DNA of 45,685 bases from a bacterium (lineage in GTDB: Bacteria > Hydrothermota > 32-111). Where the stretch lies: contig JBFXGO010000018.1 in assembly GCA_050239825.1 (NCBI GenBank), positions 1 through 45,685 on the forward strand, written 5' to 3'. Below the pieces are notes generated by a model. That model had not been told where the DNA came from. It ran no database searches and saw nothing but the letters and a program-made list of their open reading frames with translations. The position numbers and the translations under genes are program-made. Below, piece after piece: positions 20,917 through 30,021 of this stretch. Each line of letters opens with the position of its first letter. The stretch's first letter is position 1.

Positions 20917-23634
20917 ATGATGAAAAAACAGGTGCAAATTTCCGAAGCCGAAAGGCGGATTCTCAAATCCTTCGCGCAGAGAATTGACCAGAATGACGCC
21001 GGAGCACACAATAACCTTGCTGTAGTATATTACAACAAGGGGCTTTACGATGAAGCTATTGCTGAACTGGAAAAGGCATTGGCAATCGATGCGAGGTTTA
21101 CACTTGCAAAGAACAATCTTGAACTCATATACAGAGAGACCGGAATGTATGATGAGAAGATTGAAGAGTATAAAAAACAACTTGAGGAGCATCCTGAAGA
21201 CAAAAATTTGAGATTCAAGCTGGCAGAGGCTTTGAATAACATGGGACGGTCACTTGACTCAATTGCGGAGTACAGAAGGGTCTTAAAGCAGGATCCGCAG
21301 TTTCTTGATGCAAGACTGAACCTGACAAGTATATACAAATCTCTCGGAATGTATGATGAATCAATCGAAGAGTACAGAAAGGCATTGAAAATTAAGCCTG
21401 ATTCGGCGCAGATACATTCAATGCTTGGAGAGGTTTATTACAATAAAGGAATCCTTGATTCGGCAATAAAAGAGTTCCAAAAGGCTCTTGAAATAGACCC
21501 GAATCTCGCGGAAGCGCACTTCCTCATAGGTTTTGTCTATGGAGAAAAGGGGATGTTTGAAGATGCCATCAAAGAGACAAAGAAAGCCATTAAGTTGAAT
21601 CCCGCCTATGGAAAAACGCAAGCCAATCTTGGAATTGATTTTTATCAGCCGGGAGCATATCAAGCCATGTTTTCCGGAGAGGTATCGAATGTTTCCATCC
21701 AGCCGAATTCTTTTCTGACCCACTTTACTCTCGGTATAGGATTCAGAAACAAGGGTCTGTTCAATGAAGCTCTGAAGGAGTTTAAAAAGGCCGAAAATGT
21801 TGAACCGGACAGGGGCATAATTCACAGCCAGATTGGCGAGATATATCTGCTTCTCGGAGAGAATGACAAGGCGATTGAAGAGTATAAAAATGCCCTCAGG
21901 GATGATAATTTTGCTTCAAAGGCATACAATGACATAGGAATAGCCTTTCACAAAAAGGGCGAAATTGACAATGCGGTCAAGTATTACAATGAGTCAATAA
22001 AAGCGGATTCATCCTATGTGATGGCTTATAACAATCTTGCGATAGCGATGATCCACAAAAACAAAAATGAAGAGGCTGAAAAACTTTTCAAGAAAGCCCT
22101 CGAAATCAGAGATGATTATGTGGATGCTCTCATCAATCTTTCAATACTGTGCATCGAAAACAAAAATCTTAAAGAGGCGATGAAATTCTGCAGAAGAGTG
22201 ATTGACATTAAGGGTGACTACTCTCTAACATTAAACTACATGGGGATAATTTACAGGGAGGAGGGCAATTTCGGCGAGGCAGTCAAGGTGCTTGAGAAGG
22301 CTCTGCAGCTTGATTCCAATTTTGCCGAGGCGTATTACAATCTCGGATTCACTCTATCCAAAATCGGAAGATACGAAGATGCCCTGAAGAATACCAAAGA
22401 GGCGCTTAAATTGAATCCTTACTATGTCGAAACAAGATACAAGCTGGGTTTGGATTACTATGCCGACAAGGTTGATGTGCTCATCGGCTCGCAGTTGTCA
22501 AAGGAGGTGCAGTTGAATGCCTCCGAAGGGCAAGGACTTGAGGGATTTGAAGTAACGGAGAAGCCCTCCGATATCTTCGGCGGAGTATTCGAAGAGGAGG
22601 CGGATTCCACATTTGAGAGAGAGGATGTCAAGATGAAGGACATTGAAAATCTTGACAAAAAAAGGGATGAAGCGAAATCCCACTTCAATTCGGGAAGGTA
22701 TGACGAAGCCATACAATCAGCTCTCGATGTAGTGAGAAAAGATGAAAACGATGTAGAGATGCTTGAAATAATCGCCGATGCATACAATGTAAAACAGATT
22801 TTCGGAGAAGCCGAAGAGTACTACAGAAAAATAATACAGATTTCATCGTCAAGAGAAAAAGTGCTTCTCAAACTGGCAAGGATAATATACGACAAAGGCA
22901 ATTATGAAGAGGCATCGGAATACCTTGACAGAGTATTTTCAAAGAATCCGGATGACCTGAACGCGGCAAACATGTATGCTCTTGTTCTTTGGAAGAAGAA
23001 CAACAAAGAAAAGGGAATAGAGATTCTCAAGCAGGTTCTTGAAAAAGATTCCTCAAATATTGACGCACTCACGAATCTTGGCGATATATATATATCGATG
23101 GAGAAATCGGAGGATGCTCTGTCGGTCTTTGACATCATATTAAAATTGAATCCCGATGATTATGAAATAATAAAAAAGAAAGGCAAACTTTTGCGCTCGC
23201 TGAAAAGATTCGACGAGGCACTGGCTGTTTTCCAGGATGCTTTCAACAGGAAGAGCAATGACCTTGAAATTCTCTGGGAAGTGGCAAATATTTATGAGCT
23301 GACTGATGACTATGACAAGGCGATTCAGATATACACGCGGATAGTTCAGATTGAGCCCTCAGATGCAAAGGCATTTCTTAGAATTGGTTCCATCTGTCAG
23401 GAACTTGAAAATTATCCGACAGCAAAAGAGGCTTATGAGAATGCCCTTAAAATAGACAATAATCTTCCCGAAGCCAATTTTGCATACGGAAAAATAATGG
23501 CTAGGGAAGGATATATAAAGGAGGCTATGGAGAGGTGGAACCATGTTGTGGTATCCTCCCCTGAATCCGAATTCGCAGAGAAGAGCAAAGATGCCATTCA
23601 AGCGGCGCGCCACTGGATTTCAATTTTTGAATAG
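20917..23634 (+). CDS. Large cytoplasmic TPR protein (905 aa)
   Basis: Many 34-aa repeats (AHNNLAVVYYNKG, AYYNLGFTLSKIG) with an acidic central linker; no signal peptide. Confidence 0.9.
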   Translation: MMKKQVQISEAERRILKSFAQRIDQNDAGAHNNLAVVYYNKGLYDEAIAELEKALAIDARFTLAKNNLELIYRETGMYDEKIEEYKKQLEEHPEDKNLRFKLAEALNNMGRSLDSIAEYRRVLKQDPQFLDARLNLTSIYKSLGMYDESIEEYRKALKIKPDSAQIHSMLGEVYYNKGILDSAIKEFQKALEIDPNLAEAHFLIGFVYGEKGMFEDAIKETKKAIKLNPAYGKTQANLGIDFYQPGAYQAMFSGEVSNVSIQPNSFLTHFTLGIGFRNKGLFNEALKEFKKAENVEPDRGIIHSQIGEIYLLLGENDKAIEEYKNALRDDNFASKAYNDIGIAFHKKGEIDNAVKYYNESIKADSSYVMAYNNLAIAMIHKNKNEEAEKLFKKALEIRDDYVDALINLSILCIENKNLKEAMKFCRRVIDIKGDYSLTLNYMGIIYREEGNFGEAVKVLEKALQLDSNFAEAYYNLGFTLSKIGRYEDALKNTKEALKLNPYYVETRYKLGLDYYADKVDVLIGSQLSKEVQLNASEGQGLEGFEVTEKPSDIFGGVFEEEADSTFEREDVKMKDIENLDKKRDEAKSHFNSGRYDEAIQSALDVVRKDENDVEMLEIIADAYNVKQIFGEAEEYYRKIIQISSSREKVLLKLARIIYDKGNYEEASEYLDRVFSKNPDDLNAANMYALVLWKKNNKEKGIEILKQVLEKDSSNIDALTNLGDIYISMEKSEDALSVFDIILKLNPDDYEIIKKKGKLLRSLKRFDEALAVFQDAFNRKSNDLEILWEVANIYELTDDYDKAIQIYTRIVQIEPSDAKAFLRIGSICQELENYPTAKEAYENALKIDNNLPEANFAYGKIMAREGYIKEAMERWNHVVVSSPESEFAEKSKDAIQAARHWISIFE

Positions 23635-23642
23635 GAGGATTC

Positions 23643-24755
23643 TTGGCTATTGAAGGTCCAATCAGCGAACTTAATCTAATAGACCTGTTTCAAATACTCT
23701 CTTTCAATCAGAAGACGGGGATACTTGATATAACCAATTCCGAAAAAGAGAAGGCAAAGGTTTACTTTGAAAACGGCACTGTTGTTTTTGTCAAGATTGA
23801 CGGTTCGCACATCTCCCTGTCCCTTATAAAGGCAGGTAAGATGACAAAGGAATTCTATGAGGAAAAACTTATGAAGAGGGTGGGAACCGGAGAGATTGAA
23901 ATAGCAAGGGAAGTGATAGCCAACGGGATAATGAATGAACAGGATTTCAAGAAATTTCTCAAAACGAGGGTAGAGGACATTGTATTCAAGCTCTTTGAAT
24001 GGAGAGACGGATATTTCAAGTTTGAAGAGGGAGCATTCATACTTGACGACCTCTTCAGATTCAGAATAAAAACAGAATCTCTGATAATGGAGGGGTCAAG
24101 AAGAATAGACGAATGGTCCCGCCTTTCTTCAAAGATACCATCCTCTGCGATAGTTCCGCGCCTCTCGGATAATCCAAACATGATGGATACGTTAGATTTG
24201 AAGCCGAGGGAGTGGGAGATAATCTCTATGCTAAACGGGCAGAACTCCATAAAGGATATTGCGGACAAATACGGAGACGAGTTTGAAATAGCCAAGCTTA
24301 TCTACGGAATGATAACTCTCGGCATAGTTGTCACGGACTCAACTTCCGGCATTAAACCGGAGGCTGATTCACTCTCTTCAGCAAAGAGATTCTACGATGA
24401 CGGAATTTATGATAAGGCAATAAATGAACTGAAGCAATTCATCAAGGAGAATCCCAGCAACAGAGATGCATACATGATAATTATCCCCTCATTCTACGCA
24501 ACGCACCAGTTCGATAAAATAAACGATTATGTCGCTGTCGCTTCAAAGCACAATGTCAATGACATAGTTTTGAAAAAGTACAATGCAATGGCTTTCTACA
24601 AAAGGGGCGAGATGGAGAAGGCTTCGGAGCAGCTGATATCGATATATGACGAAATAAACACTCCGATTGAACAGGAGAAGATAGAAGCTCTGATAAACCA
24701 TATCAAAGAGAGTTCGCGCATATTCAAAGAGATATTAGGAGGTAAGAGTGAGTGA
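23643..24755 (+). CDS. DUF4388 (PatA_N-like) domain protein with C-terminal TPR-like helices
   Basis: MAIEGPISELNLIDLFQIL..QKTGIL..VYFENG, LFEWRDGYFKF, LIMEGSRRIDEW; TTG start with GGAGG SD. Confidence 0.85.
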   Translation: MAIEGPISELNLIDLFQILSFNQKTGILDITNSEKEKAKVYFENGTVVFVKIDGSHISLSLIKAGKMTKEFYEEKLMKRVGTGEIEIAREVIANGIMNEQDFKKFLKTRVEDIVFKLFEWRDGYFKFEEGAFILDDLFRFRIKTESLIMEGSRRIDEWSRLSSKIPSSAIVPRLSDNPNMMDTLDLKPREWEIISMLNGQNSIKDIADKYGDEFEIAKLIYGMITLGIVVTDSTSGIKPEADSLSSAKRFYDDGIYDKAINELKQFIKENPSNRDAYMIIIPSFYATHQFDKINDYVAVASKHNVNDIVLKKYNAMAFYKRGEMEKASEQLISIYDEINTPIEQEKIEALINHIKESSRIFKEILGGKSE

Positions 24756-25539
24756 GAACATGAGGGTCGACAAAGATTCAATATCCCTCTTGGTCGCTCT
24801 GGCAGAGGATTTTTACGATAATGATTCTTTCATAGAGGCGATAAACTACTGCAACATGATTCTATCGCAGTTTCCCGACCTGAAAGACGCCGAGGTGCTT
24901 CTGCTGAAATGCTATAAAAAACTCAATGATGAAGCTTCATTCAAAGTTCTATCTGAAAAGCTTCTCAAAATGTATCCGGATGATGAAACAGTTAAAGTTG
25001 CGGCTGGGGTTGTTGAAGCACAAGCAAAGCAGAATAAGAATGAAGAGTTAAAGCCTGAACCGGTTAATAATAAAATAAAAATAGAAGAGGTGAAACAGGA
25101 TAAACTTCCCATGCCGGAGCCGACTGCAGGAAGAGAGATGAAACAGGATATTGGAAGTACAACAATTCTCTCGGCAAATGAGACAGAGAATCTTCTTGAT
25201 TCGGCTCTTGAGGAAATAAACAGAATAAACGGAGTTCTGGGAAGCATCATAATAGAAGAGTCGGGTCTGATAATCCGTTCAAAAGTTATCGAGAATCTTG
25301 ACCCTGAAATAACAGCCGCTCTCTTCTCGACTATATTCAATGTCTCTGAAGATTCAATCGCAAAAGTGAATCTCGGAATGATAGACAGGGTCTTTATTGA
25401 AATAGGGAAAGTAAGGATTTACCTTTTCAAAGGAAATGGCTACATACTTGGGATATTCACTGAGGAGATTGTCAAGATAGGCCTTATACTTATCAAAGCG
25501 AAACAGCTACTCAAAAATATAAAGCAGGTGTTAGAATGA
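24748..25539 (+). CDS. TPR plus Roadblock/LC7 domain protein
   Basis: N-terminal TPR pair, Pro/Glu/Lys linker, C-terminal INGVLGSIIIEESGLII..AAL..IGLIL Roadblock pattern. Confidence 0.75.
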   Translation: MSENMRVDKDSISLLVALAEDFYDNDSFIEAINYCNMILSQFPDLKDAEVLLLKCYKKLNDEASFKVLSEKLLKMYPDDETVKVAAGVVEAQAKQNKNEELKPEPVNNKIKIEEVKQDKLPMPEPTAGREMKQDIGSTTILSANETENLLDSALEEINRINGVLGSIIIEESGLIIRSKVIENLDPEITAALFSTIFNVSEDSIAKVNLGMIDRVFIEIGKVRIYLFKGNGYILGIFTEEIVKIGLILIKAKQLLKNIKQVLE

Positions 25540-25880
25540 TAAAAGAGACTCTTGAAAAGATTATGGAGATTGGCGGAGTCAAAGGAGCTGAGGCGATAAC
25601 GAAAGACGGGCTTGTTATTGAAAAACTCTTTTATGAGAATGAGACAAGCGATGTCCTCGGCGCCATGGTGGCAAAGATAAACAGGGAGATGGAGATGACA
25701 ATCGGGAAAAGCACCGACGCTCTGCCGATTTTTTCTACCATTTACACTGACAAATATGAAGTGCTCTTTATCTCAAAAGAGAAATTTATAATCGTTGTTC
25801 TTGCTGAAAAGAATGTGAATATAGGAGCATTGATAATTCAGATAAAGAGCGTTGCATCTTCGCTTCAGCCACATATCTGA
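25536..25880 (+). CDS. Stand-alone Roadblock/LC7 protein (MglB/MglC-like)
   Basis: GGVKGAEAITKDGLVI..LGAM..VNIGAL pattern, 114 aa. Confidence 0.75.
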   Translation: MIKETLEKIMEIGGVKGAEAITKDGLVIEKLFYENETSDVLGAMVAKINREMEMTIGKSTDALPIFSTIYTDKYEVLFISKEKFIIVVLAEKNVNIGALIIQIKSVASSLQPHI

Positions 25881-25911
25881 TAATTCGGCAACTCTTTTTG
25901 AGGCAGAAGAA

Positions 25912-26382
25912 ATGAAGCATTTGGTGCTTGACAATCCGACTATAAAAAACCTTGACAGAATAGTACGCGATTATATGGTTGACAGCGGGGTCTCGTCAGT
26001 ATTCATAGTCAACACCGCGGGTCAGATGCTTTATCACAGGGGAATGGCAAAATCGGATTACATGTTGCAGTCAATAGGAGCCCTTGAAGCGGGAATCTTC
26101 AATGCGACCAAAGGAATGGCAAAGCTCATACATGAAGATTATTTCACAAGCGCTTTTCAGCAGGGAAGAACCTTTTCATTCTATTATTATGCGATTACAG
26201 ATGATATAATCCTAATTTCAATATACGGGAAGAGTTCTATAATAGGTGTTGTTCAGGTCTCTTCAAAGAATGCCGCCAATTCCATTCTTTCCCTGATGAA
26301 GGAGAAAGCCGACGAACGACTCTCTATAGGGGATGATTTTAAGGCAGAAGTGGAATCAATGCTGGATGATATGTTCAAATGA
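25912..26382 (+). CDS. mglB: MglB-like Roadblock protein (regulator of an MglA-type small GTPase)
   Basis: VFIVNTAGQML, SIGALEAGIFNATKGMAKLIHE..F..FQQG and acidic C-terminal helix FKAEVESMLDDMF resemble Myxococcus MglB; start ATG 25912. Confidence 0.8.
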   Translation: MKHLVLDNPTIKNLDRIVRDYMVDSGVSSVFIVNTAGQMLYHRGMAKSDYMLQSIGALEAGIFNATKGMAKLIHEDYFTSAFQQGRTFSFYYYAITDDIILISIYGKSSIIGVVQVSSKNAANSILSLMKEKADERLSIGDDFKAEVESMLDDMFK

Positions 26383-26511
26383 AAACTATAGCTATGCGGA
26401 GTATGAGAAAAACGGCATCACTCTTTGATTTATCAGTGTTTGGCAAATTAATTCTTATTTATCCGTTCCCCCTACACTTACAGTCCTCACACCCCTATAA
26501 TATATTTTCCC

Positions 26512-26539
26512 TTGACAAAACCGAAAATTTTGATAAAAT
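26512..26539 (+). promoter_or_regulatory. Sigma70 promoter for the TPR lipoprotein-rplM-rpsI operon
   Basis: TTGACA-16 nt-TAAAAT with extended -10 TG. Confidence 0.7.
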
Positions 26540-26585
26540 AAAGTACTTTTATTAGTTAGTTCTTTCTTTATATCAGGAGGTATAA

Positions 26586-27659
26586 ATGTTTAGCAAGGTC
26601 AGATTTTTGGTTGTTTTTGCGCTGATTCTCGCATTTGCGGGATGCAACAACCAGTTTATGTCAAGCGGCATAATTTACATGCAGCAGAATGATTTTGATA
26701 AGGCAATTGTGCAGTTTACCGAGGCTACCAAAATTGAACCTAACAATGCTCAGGCATATCTTTGGCTTGGGAAAGCCTATGGTTCAAAACAGGAGTATGA
26801 GACGGCGGCAAAGTATTTTGTTATTGCTCTCGACAAGGACACATCAGGAAAGGTTTTGAAGGAGATGAAGGAGACTACTGAATTCTATTGGCCTGTCCTC
26901 TTCAACGCCGGCACCGGATTTTTGAAGAACAAAGATTCAAAGGAAAAAAAGGCCGACTATGAAGCATGGCTCAATAAAGCCGAGGTTGTTTACGATACTT
27001 CAACTAACTATGATTACCTTGTTCTTCTCTATGCCGAAACTGACGACGAGGCAAAGATGGTTGAGACAATTTCCAAGGCGACTGCAAAGAATCCGAAGAA
27101 TCTCTCACTCTTCTTCAATGTCGCCAAGTATTATATCGGCGAAGAGAAGTTCGACGCGGCCAAGAATTACCTTCAGAAGGCGATTGACATTGACCCCACA
27201 AACTCGCAGATTCTTTATTGGATGGGAGAGATAAACTATTCCACAAAGAAATTTGATGACGCAATTGCATCATATAAAAAGTTCTTTGAGGTTTACCAGT
27301 CGGTTGATTCTCTCGCAAAAACCAAACTTGACTCATACAGAGGAGATGCATCCTTCAAGATGGGAAAGATCTACCTTGAAGAAAAGAAAAAATATGCGGA
27401 GGCGATACCGTTGTTTAAGACAGCTCTTGAAGTAAACAGCGAAGACCTTGAGTCAATGCTGAATCTCGGATTTGCATACTACAAGAATAAAAACTATGCC
27501 GATGCAGTAAAGATATTTGATGATTATATGGCAAAAGCTAATGTGGAGATTAGCGCTCTATATTATATGCAGGCAGACTGCTATACAAGAATGAAGAAAG
27601 ACAAAGAAGCTATAAAGGCTTATGACAAGGCAAAAGAACTAGAAAAACAGGGCAAGTAA
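26586..27659 (+). CDS. TPR-repeat lipoprotein
   Basis: Signal peptide with lipobox FAG-C, TPR repeats, AGGAGG SD. Confidence 0.85.
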   Translation: MFSKVRFLVVFALILAFAGCNNQFMSSGIIYMQQNDFDKAIVQFTEATKIEPNNAQAYLWLGKAYGSKQEYETAAKYFVIALDKDTSGKVLKEMKETTEFYWPVLFNAGTGFLKNKDSKEKKADYEAWLNKAEVVYDTSTNYDYLVLLYAETDDEAKMVETISKATAKNPKNLSLFFNVAKYYIGEEKFDAAKNYLQKAIDIDPTNSQILYWMGEINYSTKKFDDAIASYKKFFEVYQSVDSLAKTKLDSYRGDASFKMGKIYLEEKKKYAEAIPLFKTALEVNSEDLESMLNLGFAYYKNKNYADAVKIFDDYMAKANVEISALYYMQADCYTRMKKDKEAIKAYDKAKELEKQGK

Positions 27660-27669
27660 GGAGAGACAG

Positions 27670-28098
27670 ATGAAGACAACCAGAATCAAAGAGAGCGAAA
27701 TCAATCACAAATGGTTCCTCATAGACGTTGAGAACAGAACGCTCGGCAGAATGTCTACAGAGATAGCAAAAATACTCATGGGGAAAAACAAAGTCACCTA
27801 TCAGCCTGACATCGACAACGGAGACGGAGTGATAATAATCAATGCCAAAAAGGTCCGTCTTACCGGCGCAAAGTTTGAAGACAAGATGTACTACTCTCAT
27901 TCAGGCTACATAGGCAATCTCAAAGAGAAGAATCTCAGTGAGCTGATGGAAAAGCACCCTGACAGAGTGATTCTTCTTTCGGTTAAAAGAATGCTTCCGA
28001 AGAACAAGCTCGGAAGAAAGATGCTGACAAGACTCAAGGTATATGCAAATGCACAGCATCCTCATGATTCACAGAAACCTGAGACAATAAAATTATAA
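27670..28098 (+). CDS. rplM: 50S ribosomal protein L13
   Basis: LMGKNK, YYSHSGYIG, RMLPKNKLGR. Confidence 0.98.
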   Translation: MKTTRIKESEINHKWFLIDVENRTLGRMSTEIAKILMGKNKVTYQPDIDNGDGVIIINAKKVRLTGAKFEDKMYYSHSGYIGNLKEKNLSELMEKHPDRVILLSVKRMLPKNKLGRKMLTRLKVYANAQHPHDSQKPETIKL

Positions 28099-28110
28099 AG
28101 GAGGTTTTCC

Positions 28111-28500
28111 TTGACAGCGCAAAAGATTTATGTCGGCAGAAGAAAGGAATCAGTTGCGAGAGTGCGCCTGATTGAAGGCAAGAATGCCTTTATGATAAAT
28201 GGAAGAAAACTTGATGATTTCATTCATAGAATCGACCACAAAGAGAGCGTGCTCAATGTTCTAAAGCTATGCAATCTTGATAAAAAGATATCGGTTTACG
28301 CAAGAGTCAACGGCGGCGGAATAACAGGACAGAAGGATGCAATCCGTCTTGCAATAGCAAGAGCGATTGTCGAGAAATATCCCGAATTCAAGGCTGTTAT
28401 GAAAGAAAACGGACTCTTGACAAGAGACTCCAGAGAAAAAGAGAGAAGGAAGTACGGTCTTGCCAAGGCAAGAAAGAGATACCAGTTCTCAAAGAGATAA
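28111..28500 (+). CDS. rpsI: 30S ribosomal protein S9
   Basis: GRRKESVARV, GGGITGQ, C-terminal QFSKR; TTG start. Confidence 0.98.
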   Translation: MTAQKIYVGRRKESVARVRLIEGKNAFMINGRKLDDFIHRIDHKESVLNVLKLCNLDKKISVYARVNGGGITGQKDAIRLAIARAIVEKYPEFKAVMKENGLLTRDSREKERRKYGLAKARKRYQFSKR

Positions 28501-28510
28501 TAAACAAAAT

Positions 28511-28590
28511 ACGCACACTGCTTCAAACGGAAAGGGCGGTGCACTTTATGTGCTCCCTTTCTTGGCAGTGGAAGAACAACCAAGGAGGAT
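28511..28590 (+). promoter_or_regulatory. rpsB (S2) leader RNA
   Basis: CACAC start, outer stem CACTGC/GCAGTG, inner AAAGGG/CCCTTT and GCAC/GTGC, directly upstream of the rpsB SD; position of known S2 autoregulatory leaders. Confidence 0.65.
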
Positions 28591-28596
28591 TAGCCA

Positions 28597-29409
28597 ATGA
28601 AGATTTCCATTGAAGAACTTTTAAAGGCGGGAGTCCATTTCGGACACAAGACAGAGAGATGGAATCCGAAGATGAAGCCGTATATATTTGCGGCGCGGAA
28701 TGATATTTATATCATAGACCTCTTGAAGACCATCGAACAGATGAAGAAAGCCCATGCCACAGTGAAAGAGATTGTGGCAAACGGCGGAGAGATACTTTAT
28801 GTCGGCACAAAAAAGCAGGCGAAGGACATTATAAAACAGGAAGCTATGTTGACCGACTCATACTTTATTTCTGAAAGGTGGCTCGGAGGACTTCTTACAA
28901 ACTTCTCAACAGTCAAAAAGACTATTGAAAGACTTAAGGATTACGAAAAGAAGATGGCTACGGGCGGGTTCAAGAATTTCACTAAAAAAGAAGTTACGGG
29001 AAAAGAGAGGGAAATCGAGAAGCTGACAAGAATGTTCGGCGGAATAAAGAACATGAACCGACTTCCCGAAGTAATTTTCATTGTCGACACAAAAAAGCAC
29101 AAGATAGCGATACATGAGGCAAATCTCATGGGAATTCCCGTAATAGCTCTTGTTGACACAAATTCGGATCCGGATGCGGTAGCAGTGCCGATTCCTGGGA
29201 ATGATGATGCCATAAAATCAATAGAGGCTGTGACTCAGGTGATTTCATCGGCAGTTGCCGAAGGAAAGATGATGAGAAAAGAGGCTGGTTCTTCTGAAGG
29301 CGGCTCTTCAAAAAAACTTGATGAAAAGGGCTTCACCGAAGAGGTGATAATTGACCAGACATCCGACAAAAACACAAGAACAAGAAAATTGACGAGCAGG
29401 GTTGAATAG
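28597..29409 (+). CDS. rpsB: 30S ribosomal protein S2
   Basis: AGVHFGH..WNPKM, RWLGGLLTN, PGNDDA. Confidence 0.98.
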   Translation: MKISIEELLKAGVHFGHKTERWNPKMKPYIFAARNDIYIIDLLKTIEQMKKAHATVKEIVANGGEILYVGTKKQAKDIIKQEAMLTDSYFISERWLGGLLTNFSTVKKTIERLKDYEKKMATGGFKNFTKKEVTGKEREIEKLTRMFGGIKNMNRLPEVIFIVDTKKHKIAIHEANLMGIPVIALVDTNSDPDAVAVPIPGNDDAIKSIEAVTQVISSAVAEGKMMRKEAGSSEGGSSKKLDEKGFTEEVIIDQTSDKNTRTRKLTSRVE

Positions 29410-29417
29410 GAGGAAAA

Positions 29418-30020
29418 ATGGAAATTACGATGGAAATGATAAAGCATCTTAAAGACAGAACTATGCTGGGAATAATGGACTGCAAGAAGGCTCTTGCGGA
29501 GAATGACGGAGACGAGGAGAAGGCGATCGATTACCTTAGAAAACAGGGAATACTGAAAGCCGCCAAGAAATCTTCAAGAGATGCAAATGAGGGCTTGGTT
29601 CATGCTTATATACACACAGGTAGCAAACTCGGAGTTTTAGTGGAAGTCAACTGTGAAACTGATTTTGTCGCCAAGACGCCTGATTTTATGAATATGACGC
29701 ATCAGATAGCTGTCCACATAGCGGCGGCAGAGGTTGAGCCTCAGTATGTTAATGCAGAGGATGTGCCGACAGAGCTTCTTGAAAGAGAGAAGGCGGTCTA
29801 CATAGACCAGATGAAGGAAGCCAAAAAACCGCAGAATGTCATTGATAAAATAGTTGAAAACAAACTGAAAAAATACTGTGACGACATTTGCCTTATGAAT
29901 CAGGAATTCTTCGGTTCTGATGACAAAAAGACTGTTGGAGAATTCATTAAGGAGAACATAGCAAAGTTCGGAGAAAACATAAAGATAAGCAGGTTCGTAG
30001 TCTTCAAAATCGGGGATTAG
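29418..30020 (+). CDS. tsf: Elongation factor Ts (short form)
   Basis: MDCKKAL, EVNCETDFVA. Confidence 0.97.
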   Translation: MEITMEMIKHLKDRTMLGIMDCKKALAENDGDEEKAIDYLRKQGILKAAKKSSRDANEGLVHAYIHTGSKLGVLVEVNCETDFVAKTPDFMNMTHQIAVHIAAAEVEPQYVNAEDVPTELLEREKAVYIDQMKEAKKPQNVIDKIVENKLKKYCDDICLMNQEFFGSDDKKTVGEFIKENIAKFGENIKISRFVVFKIGD

Positions 30021-30021
30021 C

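Noticed and set aside
26379..26557. Short ORF overlapping the mglB stop as a possible mglA remnant
   Set aside because: No P-loop or GTPase motif; it runs through the downstream promoter
29418..30020. EF-Ts only 200 aa
   Set aside because: The short form is known in several phyla (for example Thermus, cyanobacteria); not a truncation
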